Counted from the whole stretch's first letter, positions 49,730 through 60,458 are shown. The stretch is 60,757 bases of DNA, filler included, from Candidatus Tectimicrobiota bacterium (GCA_016193065.1; 7 parts of 7 records of this genome joined end to end with filler, not necessarily neighbours in it); one strand, 5' to 3'. The notes: generated from the letters alone by a model not told the origin. Translations and numbers: made by a program.

Positions 49730-51651
49730 ATAGGGGTAGGAGCGGTGCATTGGGTTGCGCCGCCCCTCCCTCCGAACCGGACTGGCGGATCTCCCGCATC
49801 CGGCTCTCCGGTCGGTGGTTTTACCTCCGCGAGGACTGGAGTAAAGTTGCATGGGCCTCGACAAGGCTGAAAAGCCCATGGTCCCGAAAGAATCGGTTCG
49901 GCCAGCGCTGATGATCATGTCCCCGACTGATGCCCTTACGCCCTGTGCGCTGTCGCAGGATACTTCGAATCCGGCGTCGCACCCAACTATCAAGCGGAGG
50001 AAAGGTCCATTTGTTGCTATGCTGAAAATATTCGAACCATCCCCGCAGGGTACGATTGACCTCTTCGATGATCACTGCCAGGCTGTGGCCATTGCTGCGC
50101 CCGGTCTTGGAACGGATGGTGTCTTTGAGCTTCTTGAGACTCCTCTTTCGAGGGCGGCGAGTCCCCCCCTCAAAGTGGTACCCCAGGAAGTCAAATCCCG
50201 GTCCGGAAGAAGCGATGTCTACCACTCGCGTCTTCTCCGGATGCAGAGTGAGTCCCCTTTCGAGGGTCAGCCTTTGCACTCCAGCCAGGGCCTTCTCGGC
50301 TTCTTCCCGGCTGCGGCACAGGATCACAAAGTCGTCCGCATAGCGAATCATCTCATGCCCAGCTGCCGCCATGGCCGTGTCCACCGGATGCAGGTACAGA
50401 TTCGCCAGCAAAGGGCTGATCACGGCCCCCTGCGGGCTTCCCTTTTCCGGGGTCCAGAGAGCTGCTCCTTCCAGGACGCCTTGTTTGAGAAACCCCTCGA
50501 TCAGTCCCACCACTCGACCGTCTGCAATATAACGACCGATATCGGTCAACAGAGGTTCGTGGGGGATACTGTCAAAGTAGGCTTTCAAGTCGGCCTCTAC
50601 CACAAAGGTATATCCGGCCTTCAGGAGTCGTTCTACCTCCCGCAGGGCATCCTTGCTCCCCCGTTTGGGCCGAAACCCATAACTGTGGGGCGCAAAGTCC
50701 TTCTCGAAAATAGGCTCGATCACCAGGCGCAGCGCCGCTTGGACCAATAGGCTCGATCACCAGGCGCAGCGCCGCTTGGACCACCCGATCCCGCACACAG
50801 GGAATCCCCAGAGGCCGCTTTTCTTTCCTTCCCGGCTTGCCAATGTAGATGCGCCGGATCGGCCTCGGTCGGTAGTTCCCTGTGCGAAGTTCTTCCGCAA
50901 GACGCTCGATTTCCCTCGCCAGGTCTCGCTCGAAGCCCTTAATGGTCTGGTGGTCCGTTCCGGCCCCACCCCCGTTCCTTTTCACCGTTGCCCAGGCCGC
51001 ATACAGAGTCTCGGGCCGGTAGACTTTATCAATCAGGCTGAACCATACTCCTCCTTTCACCCCCTTGACGAGGGCCTCCAGCATGCGCTCCGTCCAAATC
51101 GAACGTTTCACCCATCCCCATTTCCCAGGAAGGGCTTTTCCTGGTTGTTTAGCCCCTTTCGGCACTCCCCCAGGTGTGGCTTCATCCGGTTCGGCCATGG
51201 CGCATCCACCTTCCTGCACCCCTTTGCTCCGCGGGCATTACCCCGCTTCCTCGCTCGTATGGGTGCTCTGACTCCTGCCGGAAGAGCTCTTCACCCATCT
51301 TGTCTCCGGCAGGTCTCCCTGGTTCACGTGGCGCAACCTTCCTCGCATTCCGTCACCAAACACCTGACGCGCCCTGTCATCGCTTCTATGCTGCCCGCCC
51401 AGCGTGACAGGCTCCCTGAGGGCCTCTTCCCTGAGGGACCCTGGCCCTTTCCAGGTCTGGACTTCGCCATTTATCCGCAGGCTCGTCGCTACGTGCGGCC
51501 GAATCGTGTTCGTCCTCCTACAGACTGCGAGTTCGCCTCCGGGTGCTCTCCACCTCGCCTCACAGCGACGCAGTTCCCTTCGGCTACCGGGAGCGGGCAT
51601 CTCCCGGGAGGGGACTTTCACCCCTCTGATTGCGCCTGCTTCCAGGCGCAC
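49730..51651 (-). mobile_element. Group II intron, bacterial class C type (~1.9 kb)
   Basis: 5' GTGCG at 51651; domain V GAGCCGGATGCGGGAGATCCGCCAGTCCGGTTC; domain VI ending CCTACCCCTAT; inserted just after a stem-loop. Confidence 0.9.
49821..51198 (-). pseudogene. ltrA: Group II intron RT/maturase, frameshifted by a 37-bp duplication
   Basis: RPLGIP...DR.VQ, SYGFRP, PQG...SPLLANLYL, YADD, FDFLG, LRGW..YF; no endonuclease domain. Confidence 0.9.
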
Positions 51652-51865
51652 GGATTCCGGCTTCCGCCGGAATGACGGGGAAAATTGCGGGAATGACGAA
51701 GATCCAAATGATGTTGAAGCCGTCGTTCCGGTACGTCACCGGGGGCATGGTGCACTCAACGCCTTCCTTCCCTGGGAGAACCAGAAATCCTGGATGATGG
51801 GAAACTTCCGTGCGGATCAGGATGCTTTCGCATTCGCGGGAACAAGGGTCCGGGAAGTTCCTACA

Positions 51866-52215
51866 TTAGTCGATCTTGGATTCGTCCTTAAACATGACCT
51901 TGTAGCGGGTGTTCTTGATCCACAGGTCGACCTGGTCGTCGCTCATGAAGTTATCGGGATTGAATCGATCCCAGTTCATGATTTGGTCGAGGGTTTTCTT
52001 CCAGCGCTTGTAGGAAGGCCTGTGCGGTGGCCCGAAACACATGATGTCCACCAGGGACAATTCGTCCGGCACGCCCAACAGGGGCTTAATCTGGTTTTGC
52101 ATTTCCTCCTGACCGATGGCTGTCACCCACCACACCGCGTACCCCAGGGCCGCCGCGGCCAGATGGGCCGACATCGTCGAGGCGGCCACGCTTTGCAGAA
52201 GGATACGCTCGGCGT
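51866..52215 (-). CDS. Nitroreductase family protein, 5'-partial
   Basis: HLAAAALG....W; LLGVP; G.P......R.KK.L. Confidence 0.75.
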
Positions 52216-52315
52216 NNNNNNNNNNNNNNNNNNNNNNNNNNNNNNNNNNNNNNNNNNNNTTAATTAATTAANNNNNNNNNNNNNNNNNNNNNNNNNNNNN
52301 NNNNNNNNNNNNNNN

Positions 52316-52573
52316 GCCCTTCCCCAGGTGTTTGCGGGGATGCGCACCAGTGTTTCCGTAGCGCTGATCATGATCGTCGTCTCCGAAATGATTGCGAGCA
52401 GCAACGGTTTGGGGTACTTTATCCTGCACGCCCAGCGCACCTTTAACGTCCCGGCCGTCTACAGCGGAATTTTTCTCCTGGGACTGTTCGGATATGCTCT
52501 CAACGCCCTGTTCCTGCGGCTGGAGGGGTTCGTTCTCAACTGGCACCGGGGGTACGCGGCCAAGAGGCTATGA
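52316..52573 (+). CDS. TauC/SsuC-type ABC permease, 5'-partial
   Basis: G.R......ALI...VSEM.....GLGY.I. Confidence 0.85.
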   Translation, partial: ALPQVFAGMRTSVSVALIMIVVSEMIASSNGLGYFILHAQRTFNVPAVYSGIFLLGLFGYALNALFLRLEGFVLNWHRGYAAKRL

Positions 52574-53391
52574 AAGCCACCAAGATGCTTGAAGTGAGCA
52601 GGCTGGAGAAGCGCTACGAGAGCCGGGACACACTGGCCATTGCGGACCTCACCTTCAGCGCCGAGCGCGGGGAGTTCCTGTCCATCGTGGGCCCTTCCGG
52701 AGCCGGGAAAACCACCCTGCTCAAATGTGTCTGCGGGCTTCTGCCGCTGAGCGGCGGCAAAGTCCTGCTCAACGGGCGCCCCGTATACAAGCCCCCGCCC
52801 GAGATGGTTCTGGTCTTCCAGGATTACAGCCGCTCTCTTTACCCCTGGCTCTCGGTCCTTAAGAACGTGCTTTTCGCTCTGGCCAAGAAGCAGGAAATGG
52901 ACCAGGAGAGCCGGTTGAGCCTGGCCGAGAGGATGCTCGATGCGGTCGGGCTCAAGGGGTTTAGCCATCACTACCCTTGGGAACTCTCGGGCGGGATGCA
53001 GCAGCGGGTTGCGCTGGCCAGGGCTTTGGCCTTTCAGCCTGAAATTCTCCTGATGGACGAGCCTTTTGCCTCCGTCGACGCCCAGACCCGAGCGGACCTG
53101 GAGGATCTGCTGCTGTCCTTGTGGGAAAAATTCTCTATCACGATTCTCTTCGTCACCCACGATATTGAGGAAGCCACCTACCTTTCCGACCGCATCCTGG
53201 TACTGAGCGCATCACCGGCCAGGACGATTGCTGAACTCCTCGTGGGGCTGCCGCGGCCCCGGGATCAGATTGAAACCCGCTCCTCCCCCCGATTCATGGA
53301 ACTTCGAGAGATCCTCTATCACACCATCAAGGGGAAGAGCCGGCCCGCGGAAACCAAGGTTCCGGTCCCCGACTCTAAAAATTCGGGTTGA
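52570..53391 (+). CDS. TauB/SsuB-type ABC ATPase
   Basis: GPSGAGKTT, LSGGMQQR, LLMDEPF, VTHD. Confidence 0.93.
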   Translation: MKATKMLEVSRLEKRYESRDTLAIADLTFSAERGEFLSIVGPSGAGKTTLLKCVCGLLPLSGGKVLLNGRPVYKPPPEMVLVFQDYSRSLYPWLSVLKNVLFALAKKQEMDQESRLSLAERMLDAVGLKGFSHHYPWELSGGMQQRVALARALAFQPEILLMDEPFASVDAQTRADLEDLLLSLWEKFSITILFVTHDIEEATYLSDRILVLSASPARTIAELLVGLPRPRDQIETRSSPRFMELREILYHTIKGKSRPAETKVPVPDSKNSG

Positions 53392-53402
53392 GGAGAGGCG
53401 AG

Positions 53403-53885
53403 ATGTCCCTCCAGAACGATCAGTTTCGCCAGCTCATGGGGTGCTTCGCCACCGGGGTCACCGTGGTCACTGCCGTGGAACCCGACGGCCAGCTCCGCGG
53501 GCTCACCGTGAGCGCGCTGTGCTCCGTATCCCTCAATCCTACCCTCCTGCTGATCTGCATTGACCATCAATCCGACACCTTCAACGCGGTCCAGCAGGGC
53601 AAGGCCTTTGCCGTGAACTTTCTGAAAGCCGACCAGGAGGAGATCTCCAGGCTGTTCGCCGCCAAAGGGGTTGAGAAGTTCAAAGATCTTTCTTACCGGA
53701 TGGGAGATCTGGGAATGCCCCTCTTAGACGGAACCATGGCCTGCGCAGAGTGCCGGGTGGTTGCAGAGTACCCGGGAGGAGACCACACGATCTTTCTTGC
53801 GGAGGTTGAATCCGCCCGCATCGAAGGAGGCTCCCCTCTTCTGTACTTCCGTGGCCACTATGCCAGCCTGCCCGCTGCCGGGTAG
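53403..53885 (+). CDS. Flavin reductase family protein
   Basis: FR..MG.FATGVTVVT, SVSL.P, GDHTIF. Confidence 0.92.
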   Translation: MSLQNDQFRQLMGCFATGVTVVTAVEPDGQLRGLTVSALCSVSLNPTLLLICIDHQSDTFNAVQQGKAFAVNFLKADQEEISRLFAAKGVEKFKDLSYRMGDLGMPLLDGTMACAECRVVAEYPGGDHTIFLAEVESARIEGGSPLLYFRGHYASLPAAG

Positions 53886-53925
53886 CAGGCCCCATCGCAA
53901 CTCTTGTTAGCGTAGGAGAGAAAAA

Positions 53926-54906
53926 ATGATCATCGACTTTCACATCCACTATACCCCCGAGGAACTCATCAAGGAAAAACTCCCTCCCGGTGTCAAGACC
54001 AAGGTGACCTATGTCCAAGGCATTCCCATCTACATCGACCACCCGGGTCTCTATCACCTGGAGGGACACCTGGCGGCCATGGACATGGCCGGAGTGGACG
54101 TGGCAGTGCTTTCCAGCGGAGCCGGCCTGGGAGGAACGCTGGAGGTCTGCAAGCGCCTCAACGACCTCCTGCGCCAGGAAGAAAAGCGCTTCCCCGGCCG
54201 CATCCTGGGACTCGCCCATGTCCCTCCCCTGAGCGGACAGGGGGCACTGGACGAACTCAAGCGCGCCGCTCAGGAACTGGGATTTAAGGGAGTAGCCATC
54301 TCTTCCAGCTTCGGCGAGGTGGGCCTGGACTCCCCGGATCTTTTCCCCTTTTACCGCACGGTCCAGGAGTTGGGCCTTTACATTTTCGTTCACCCCGCCC
54401 TGGGAGCTCCCGGCGTGAGTGCTCCTCTCTACCAGGACTACGATCTCTTCCGCATGGTGGGACGCGAATTTGACCTGGTCATGGGGGTCATTCGCCTGAT
54501 CAGCGGAGGCGTGCTGGACGAATTCCCCGGGTTGCGCTTCGTGATCTCCCATCTTGGCGGCGGCATTGCGGCTCTCATGGGGCGGATTCACAACTACCAG
54601 GACAAAGAATTTTGGGGAGTCGCGGACAACCCCCGGCATGGCAAGACGCCAAAGCACCCCTACTCGTATTATCTCCAACGACTTTACTTCGATACGGGCG
54701 GGTTTTTCGGGAGCTTAAACGCCATTAAGGCAGCCCTATTGGAAATCCCGTCGAGCCAGATCGTTTTCGGCACCGACTACCCCCAGGAAATTCGGGAGGG
54801 GAGCAAGGTCCGGGACTTCGTGCAGGGGGCCCGGAGCCTCCCGCTGCCGGAAGAAACCATCCGGGGGATTTTTAGCGAAAACGGCCGCAATCTGATCGGA
54901 CTATAG
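53926..54906 (+). CDS. Amidohydrolase_2 family protein
   Basis: IDFHIH, FVHP, SHLGG, FGTDYP. Confidence 0.9.
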   Translation: MIIDFHIHYTPEELIKEKLPPGVKTKVTYVQGIPIYIDHPGLYHLEGHLAAMDMAGVDVAVLSSGAGLGGTLEVCKRLNDLLRQEEKRFPGRILGLAHVPPLSGQGALDELKRAAQELGFKGVAISSSFGEVGLDSPDLFPFYRTVQELGLYIFVHPALGAPGVSAPLYQDYDLFRMVGREFDLVMGVIRLISGGVLDEFPGLRFVISHLGGGIAALMGRIHNYQDKEFWGVADNPRHGKTPKHPYSYYLQRLYFDTGGFFGSLNAIKAALLEIPSSQIVFGTDYPQEIREGSKVRDFVQGARSLPLPEETIRGIFSENGRNLIGL

Positions 54907-54917
54907 GTCAGGCTCCG

Positions 54918-56315
54918 ATGACGAGCCCAGCGCAGATCCCTGCGCGCAAATCGCTGGGGGCGATCCTCGGCCCCGCCGTCGCGCTGGCCGTTTACTTCCT
55001 GCCTCTGACCGACATGCCTCCCCAGGCCCGGCACGCCTTCGCGATCACACTGTTTGCCACCATTTACTGGCTCACAGAGCCGATCCGAGTGGAGCTCACA
55101 GGGCTCATTGCGCTCGTTGCCCTGGCTCTGAGTCGCACGGTCCCCTTCGAGATCGCTTTTTCCCCCTTCGGCTCCAAGTCCCTGTGGCTCGTCATTGCCG
55201 GACTTCTCATGGGGCTGGGGGTCACCCACACTCGACTCGGCAGGCGGGTGGCCTTTCGGGCCTTGCTTCTCTTCGGACGTTCCTACTGGACGATCTTGCT
55301 GGGTCTCATGGCTTCCGGGTTCCTCTTCACCTTCGTAGTTCCCTCGGCCCTGGTCCGCATTCTCCTTCTAGCCTCCGTGGCCCAGGAGCTCTGCAAGGCT
55401 CTGGGCTACAAGCCGGGAACCCCGGCTGCCACGGGAATCTTCCTGGCCTTTGGAGCCGCCACGTATTTCCCGGGAACCGGGATCCTGACCGCTCAAATCC
55501 CCAGCATCGTGGTCCTGGGAATTCTCGAAAAGTTAAAGATCACGATTTACTGGGGGGAGTGGGCCGTGCGGATGTTCCCGGTCATGAGTTTGGGAGGCCT
55601 GGTGGCCATCTATCTCTATCTGAGGATGGCGGTCCACGACGCCGAGGTGAAAGATACAGGGGAGATCCGCCGGGACCTGGAGGCCCTGGGACCCATGGGG
55701 GCAGAAGAGAAGCGGGTCCTCGTCCTCCTGGCCCTGGGGATTATCCTGTGGGCTACCGATTCCCTGCACCACATCCACCCGACGTTTGTCGCCTTGGGGA
55801 TCGGGGTCGCCTTGTTTCTGCCTGGAATTGGAGGCTGCAAATTCGAAGATTTGAGCTCCGTGCACTTTCCGATCCTATTTTTCGTGGGAGCACTGTTCGG
55901 GATTGGGGAGGCGCTGCAGAGCACCGGATTTACCCGCTGGATCTCGGCGGCAATTCTGGGCAGCGTTCATCTGGAGACTTTCGGCTGGTTTGGCACCTAC
56001 TTCACAATCACACTCATCACTGCCCTTCTGAACCTGCCCATGAACACCCTCACACAGGCCAGCGTCACGACTCCAATCATTCTCAGCTACGCTCAGGAGC
56101 GGGGCATCAACCTGGTAAGCAGCGCATTGAGCATGGTCGTCAGCTACAACTACCCTTACATTCCCTATCAATCCCCGCCCCTGGTGGTGCTCCTGAGTTT
56201 CGGCTATGTGGAGCATCGGGAGCTCCTGCGCATGATGCTGTTCGTGGGCGCTGTGGGGATCTTCGTCCTGACTCCTCTGAATCTACTTTACTGGCGACTC
56301 TTTGGATTCATCTAA
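54918..56315 (+). CDS. SLC13/DASS family permease
   Basis: W.TEPI, T.LGRR.A, VPS...R, LW.T...H, PYQSPP. Confidence 0.85.
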   Translation: MTSPAQIPARKSLGAILGPAVALAVYFLPLTDMPPQARHAFAITLFATIYWLTEPIRVELTGLIALVALALSRTVPFEIAFSPFGSKSLWLVIAGLLMGLGVTHTRLGRRVAFRALLLFGRSYWTILLGLMASGFLFTFVVPSALVRILLLASVAQELCKALGYKPGTPAATGIFLAFGAATYFPGTGILTAQIPSIVVLGILEKLKITIYWGEWAVRMFPVMSLGGLVAIYLYLRMAVHDAEVKDTGEIRRDLEALGPMGAEEKRVLVLLALGIILWATDSLHHIHPTFVALGIGVALFLPGIGGCKFEDLSSVHFPILFFVGALFGIGEALQSTGFTRWISAAILGSVHLETFGWFGTYFTITLITALLNLPMNTLTQASVTTPIILSYAQERGINLVSSALSMVVSYNYPYIPYQSPPLVVLLSFGYVEHRELLRMMLFVGAVGIFVLTPLNLLYWRLFGFI

Positions 56316-56429
56316 TGGAATCCTTCTTCAAAACGAGCCGGGATGCAGCCATCATTGGAGATGCGGTCAACGCAGCACAACGCCTGCTGACGATGGCCCG
56401 CTGCGGCAAGGCCCACCGAGCGATCAGAC

Positions 56430-56609
56430 CTAAGCCGCAGGGGGAGTCTCCCCCTCTCCTTTCATCTTTGTCCAGGTGCAGTCCTTCCCACATCTCCGAC
56501 AAGGTGGAAATGGCTCGCTTTTGATTAGGGAGATCAGAGCCTCACAGCAGATGGAGCGGTAAATCCCGAATTCCGGGTTCACGTCTCCCGTTTTCCACAT
56601 GACACCCAT
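56430..56609 (-). CDS. Small Zn-ribbon protein (YjzC-like)
   Basis: KTG...P..GIY...CC......FPPC..C....W. Confidence 0.65.
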   Translation of the reverse strand: MGVMWKTGDVNPEFGIYRSICCEALISLIKSEPFPPCRRCGKDCTWTKMKGEGETPPAA

Positions 56610-56792
56610 CCTCACCGAAGAAATTGCCACCACCTCCCAAAGAATCAGAGCCCGATCGGCCCGCCACAACCAGGGAAGGGTATTCGGCCCCCGGAGGGGA
56701 TCAGGGTATAATTACCGCCCAGCCCCGCCATCATCGGGCGCACCGAACAAACAGAGCATCCACTGAAATTCAGCCTATCTCCTCTACTCTGC

Positions 56793-56831
56793 TGCACATA
56801 AAACTGTGCACTTTGCACAAGAAATTGTGCA
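56793..56831. promoter_or_regulatory. Tandem palindromic sites TGCACA-N6-TGTGCA
   Basis: 56793-56810 and 56814-56831, 21 bp apart. Confidence 0.65.
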
Positions 56832-57077
56832 GCCGTTTTTCCCGAAAATCCGCTAACCCGATAAATATTAAGGTCCTTTTGATTTTTACCCTCCGGTTCC
56901 TAGATCTTTTCTTCCAATAATTGCACGGTCCGTACCATGCCCAAATTTGCGGCTTCCCCCTCTGGAGACTCCAGGGCCGCCAAGACCACGACAGCGGTTG
57001 AATCCGTCTGATCGAAAAAGAGGCCAAGCAGATGGAGCACGAGCGCGACATGAATGGTCAAGAACTTCGCAGGAAAC

Positions 57078-57702
57078 TCAAGCAAAGATGAGCTGGCCGA
57101 TGTACTTTAAGACCACGGGGGCTCCGCTCTCGTGCAGAGTCTGGGCGGAAACCAGATGGGCAACCCCGGCCACAGCCATGCCCCCGCGGCTTACCTCCTC
57201 GACCTCTCCGGGGCTGGCGCTGAAATAAATTCCGTCCCGGGCTTTGCGAATAGCCCTTGGAGCCTGCTTCCTGGCCCACCACCTCTCGAAACTTGGGAAG
57301 CAAATCCACCCGGTCAAGGCGGGCCTTGATTTGTTCCACCGGGGAGGAACCCACCGCAAAGAGTTGGGCTCCTTTCTCCAGCAGGGCATCCAGGACTTCC
57401 CGAGCCCCCTCATAGACCACGGGCCGCTCGGACTCCAGGGCCTCATCGAAGCGAGCCACAACCGCGTCCAGATCCGGCGAGGGCTGGCCGTGGTCATCCA
57501 ACAAGCGGCGAAACTTCTCTCTCAGGGTCAGATCTTGAGCCTGCGTGTAGAAAATCAGTGCGGCGGCGGCAGGAATCCCGTATTCACGCTCCAGGAAGCG
57601 ACCGAAGGTCTTCTTGGCCAGGATGCGGGCGTTCAGGAGAACTCCCTCGACGTCAAAAACACAATACTTGAACCGCCAGCCTGCGGGCAAAGGCACCGTC
57701 AC
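57078..57702 (-). pseudogene. HAD-like hydrolase, frameshifted near 57255
   Basis: FDVEGVL, YEGA.EVL..L; plausible C-terminus (…VAGVAHLVSAQTLHESGAPVVLKYIGQL) in another frame. Confidence 0.65.
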
Positions 57703-59018
57703 CTCTCCGCGGACGCAACTTCTCCAAGAAGGGTGGCGCTGGTGGCCCCGGTAATTCGCACGCGGACCAGCTCGCCGGGAGCAGTGCCGTTGCGGGGGAA
57801 CACCACGGTGCGGTTATCGTCGCCGCGCCCCATGAATTCCTGAGCGGATTTCTTGCTCTCCTTCTCCACGAGGGCCAGAACTTCCCGGCCGATCTTCTGC
57901 TGGTTTTTCCGCAGCGAGATCCGGCGCTGGAGTTCAACGAGACGACCCAGCCGCTCTCCCTTCACTTCGTCGGGGACATCGTCGGGCCACTTGCGGGCCG
58001 CGGTCGTCCCTTTGCGCTCGGAATACTGGAACAGGAAAGCCGAGTCAAACTCCACCTCTTCCATGACCCGGCAGGTGTCCAGGAATTCCTCTTCGGTCTC
58101 TGTGGGAAAGCCCACGATGATATCCGTGGTGAGCCCCATCTCCGGGCACAATTCCCGGATCTTGCGCACCAGGAGGAGGAATTCCTCTCGGCTGTAGGTG
58201 CGGTTCATGCGGTGCAGGATCCGGTCGCTGCCGGCCTGCAAGGGGAGGTGGATGTGCTTGCAGATTTTGGGATTCTCGGCGATCACCCGGAGGAGGGAGT
58301 CCGGAAAATCCTTGGGATGAGGCGAGGTAAACCGCACCCGCTGAATTCCTTCCACCTCTGAGACTCGCTCCATCAAGCCCGCAAAGTCACAGCTCCCGGC
58401 GCGGTAGGAATTCACGTTTTGTCCCAGAAGAGTGATTTGCTTGTATCCTCGCATGGCCAGAACCTCAACCTCCTGCACCACGCTGTCGGGGTCCCGGCTT
58501 CGTTCGCGCCCGCGCGTGTAAGGGACCACACAGAAGGTACAAAAATTGTCGCACCCTCTCATGACCGCCACCCAGGCATTGACCCCGTCCACCTGCTCCG
58601 GGCAAATATCACTGTAGGTCTCGTACTCCGAAAGATCCACGTGGAGGACCGGCTTGAGGGTCTGCCGGACCTGGCGAATCATCTCCGGCAACCGGCGGTA
58701 ACTGTCCGGTCCGGCCACCAGGTCGACAATCCGGCCCCGCTCCAGGAGATCCTCCTTCAGGTTCTGAGCCATGCAGCCCAAAATCCCGATCACCAGCTCC
58801 GGTTGTTTCTCCTTGAGCCGGCGGAACTGGTCCAGCCGCCCGTAAATGCGCTGGTGGGCATTTTCCCGGACGGCGCAGGTATTCAAGAGAATCACCCGGG
58901 CTTCCTGCGGGGAAGCGGCCAGAGCGAAATCTCCCTGCTTGAGGAAGGAGCGCACAATGTCGGTGTCATATTCGTTCATCTGACAGCCGTAGGTCTCGAT
59001 GTAAACCTTCTCGCTCAT
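57699..59018 (-). CDS. miaB: tRNA i6A37 methylthiotransferase MiaB
   Basis: TYGCQMN, NTCAVRENA, CDNFCTFC, LLGQNVNSY, TRAM domain. Confidence 0.95.
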   Translation of the reverse strand: MSEKVYIETYGCQMNEYDTDIVRSFLKQGDFALAASPQEARVILLNTCAVRENAHQRIYGRLDQFRRLKEKQPELVIGILGCMAQNLKEDLLERGRIVDLVAGPDSYRRLPEMIRQVRQTLKPVLHVDLSEYETYSDICPEQVDGVNAWVAVMRGCDNFCTFCVVPYTRGRERSRDPDSVVQEVEVLAMRGYKQITLLGQNVNSYRAGSCDFAGLMERVSEVEGIQRVRFTSPHPKDFPDSLLRVIAENPKICKHIHLPLQAGSDRILHRMNRTYSREEFLLLVRKIRELCPEMGLTTDIIVGFPTETEEEFLDTCRVMEEVEFDSAFLFQYSERKGTTAARKWPDDVPDEVKGERLGRLVELQRRISLRKNQQKIGREVLALVEKESKKSAQEFMGRGDDNRTVVFPRNGTAPGELVRVRITGATSATLLGEVASAER

Positions 59019-59028
59019 CCCCTTTTCC

Positions 59029-60336
59029 TCAAGCCGCCGGCCGGGAGACCAGGCGCCCGACCGCTATCACCCCCAGCGTGTCGGTGATCTCCACAGGGAG
59101 AAGTTGATTGGAGAGATCTTGCCGGGTCATGACCCCGACTTTCATGTAATTGTCCGCCAGCCCGCTGAACCAGCCGTCCTCCTCGCGCTGCTCAAAGAGA
59201 ACGGAGACGACCTTCCCCACATGGCGGCGGGCGAATTGCTCTTTCATGCGGACCGAGATTTCCCGCATCGCCGTGGTGCGCTCCTTGATCCGGTTCGGGT
59301 GAACTTTCTGGGTCAAAGTCACCGCCCGGGTGCCGGGGCGGGGGGAATAGCTGAACACATGGAGGTATGAGAAGGGGAGAGAAACAACGGTCTGGCGCGT
59401 CGAAGAGAACTCCTCTTCCCCTTCTCCGGGAAACCCCGTGATGACGTCCGTCCCGATGCCTACACCGGGGACCTCCCGGGCGATCTTCTCCACAAACCGG
59501 CTATACTCGGCCACCGAGTAGCGCCGGCGCATCCCCTCCAAGATCCGGTCGTCTCCGCTCTGAATCGGCAGGTGCAGGTGGCGGCAGATTTTCTCGGAGC
59601 CCCCCATGGCCCGGATGAGCTCATCTCCGATGGTCGTGGGCTCCACGGAAGCCAGGCGAATCCGGGCAATCCCCTCGACCTTTTCCAGCGCCCCAACCAC
59701 GTCCACAAGGCGCTTCCCTGCGCTCTCGTAGCGCCCCATGTTCACACCGGTCAGCACGACTTCCTTGTAACCGCTGTCCGCCAGGTGTTGAGCCTCGCGA
59801 AGGATATCCTCAAACTTCCGGCTCCGTTCCCGGCCTCTCGTGTACGGGATGATGCAGAAGGAGCAAAAGAAGTTGCAGCCGTCTTGAATCTTGATGTTCG
59901 CCCGAGTGCGCTCCGTGAAGTCCCCGATGGAATCCAGGGTAAACTCCCCGGTACTCATCTTCCGGGTGTGCAGAATGACCGGCTCGAGAAGTTTCTCCGT
60001 TGAGGAAATATAATCGGCGATCTTCATCTTGAACTCGTTGCCGGCAATGAGGTCCAGGCCGGGGATCTGCTTGAGCTTCTCCACCCCGATTTGCGCATAG
60101 CAGCCCGTCAAGGCCACAAAGGTCCGGGGGGAGCGGCGCAGAAGGCTGCGGACCAAATTGCGGCACTTGGCCTCGGCTGACTCGGTGACCGAGCAGGTGT
60201 TAATCACGCACAGGTCGGCCGCCTCTTCAAAGGGGACCAGGGTAAACCCCTTTTCCTGAAAGCTGCGGCCAATGAGGGCTGTCTCGGCCTGATTCAGGCG
60301 GCAGCCCAGCGTATATAACGAGATGCGACCGGACAT
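59029..60336 (-). CDS. mtaB: tRNA t6A37 methylthiotransferase MtaB
   Basis: TLGCRLNQAE, NTCSVT, IQDGCNFFCSFC, HVFSYSPRPGT. Confidence 0.92.
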   Translation of the reverse strand: MSGRISLYTLGCRLNQAETALIGRSFQEKGFTLVPFEEAADLCVINTCSVTESAEAKCRNLVRSLLRRSPRTFVALTGCYAQIGVEKLKQIPGLDLIAGNEFKMKIADYISSTEKLLEPVILHTRKMSTGEFTLDSIGDFTERTRANIKIQDGCNFFCSFCIIPYTRGRERSRKFEDILREAQHLADSGYKEVVLTGVNMGRYESAGKRLVDVVGALEKVEGIARIRLASVEPTTIGDELIRAMGGSEKICRHLHLPIQSGDDRILEGMRRRYSVAEYSRFVEKIAREVPGVGIGTDVITGFPGEGEEEFSSTRQTVVSLPFSYLHVFSYSPRPGTRAVTLTQKVHPNRIKERTTAMREISVRMKEQFARRHVGKVVSVLFEQREEDGWFSGLADNYMKVGVMTRQDLSNQLLPVEITDTLGVIAVGRLVSRPAA

Positions 60337-60458
60337 CGGAAAGCTCCCTCAAGGAATTCAAGTCCTTGTCAGCACAAACAGTGTAGAGACCCCAGCCCCC
60401 TTTGTCAACGGGGCGGCTCGCCTTGCCCACCCCCACTTTTGCGAGAGGATAATGGTGA

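Noticed and set aside
48654-51651. Complete DGR (target tail + Avd-like four-helix gene + RT)
   Set aside because: The RT lies inside a canonical group II intron, no template repeat is seen, and the target tail is across an artificial linker
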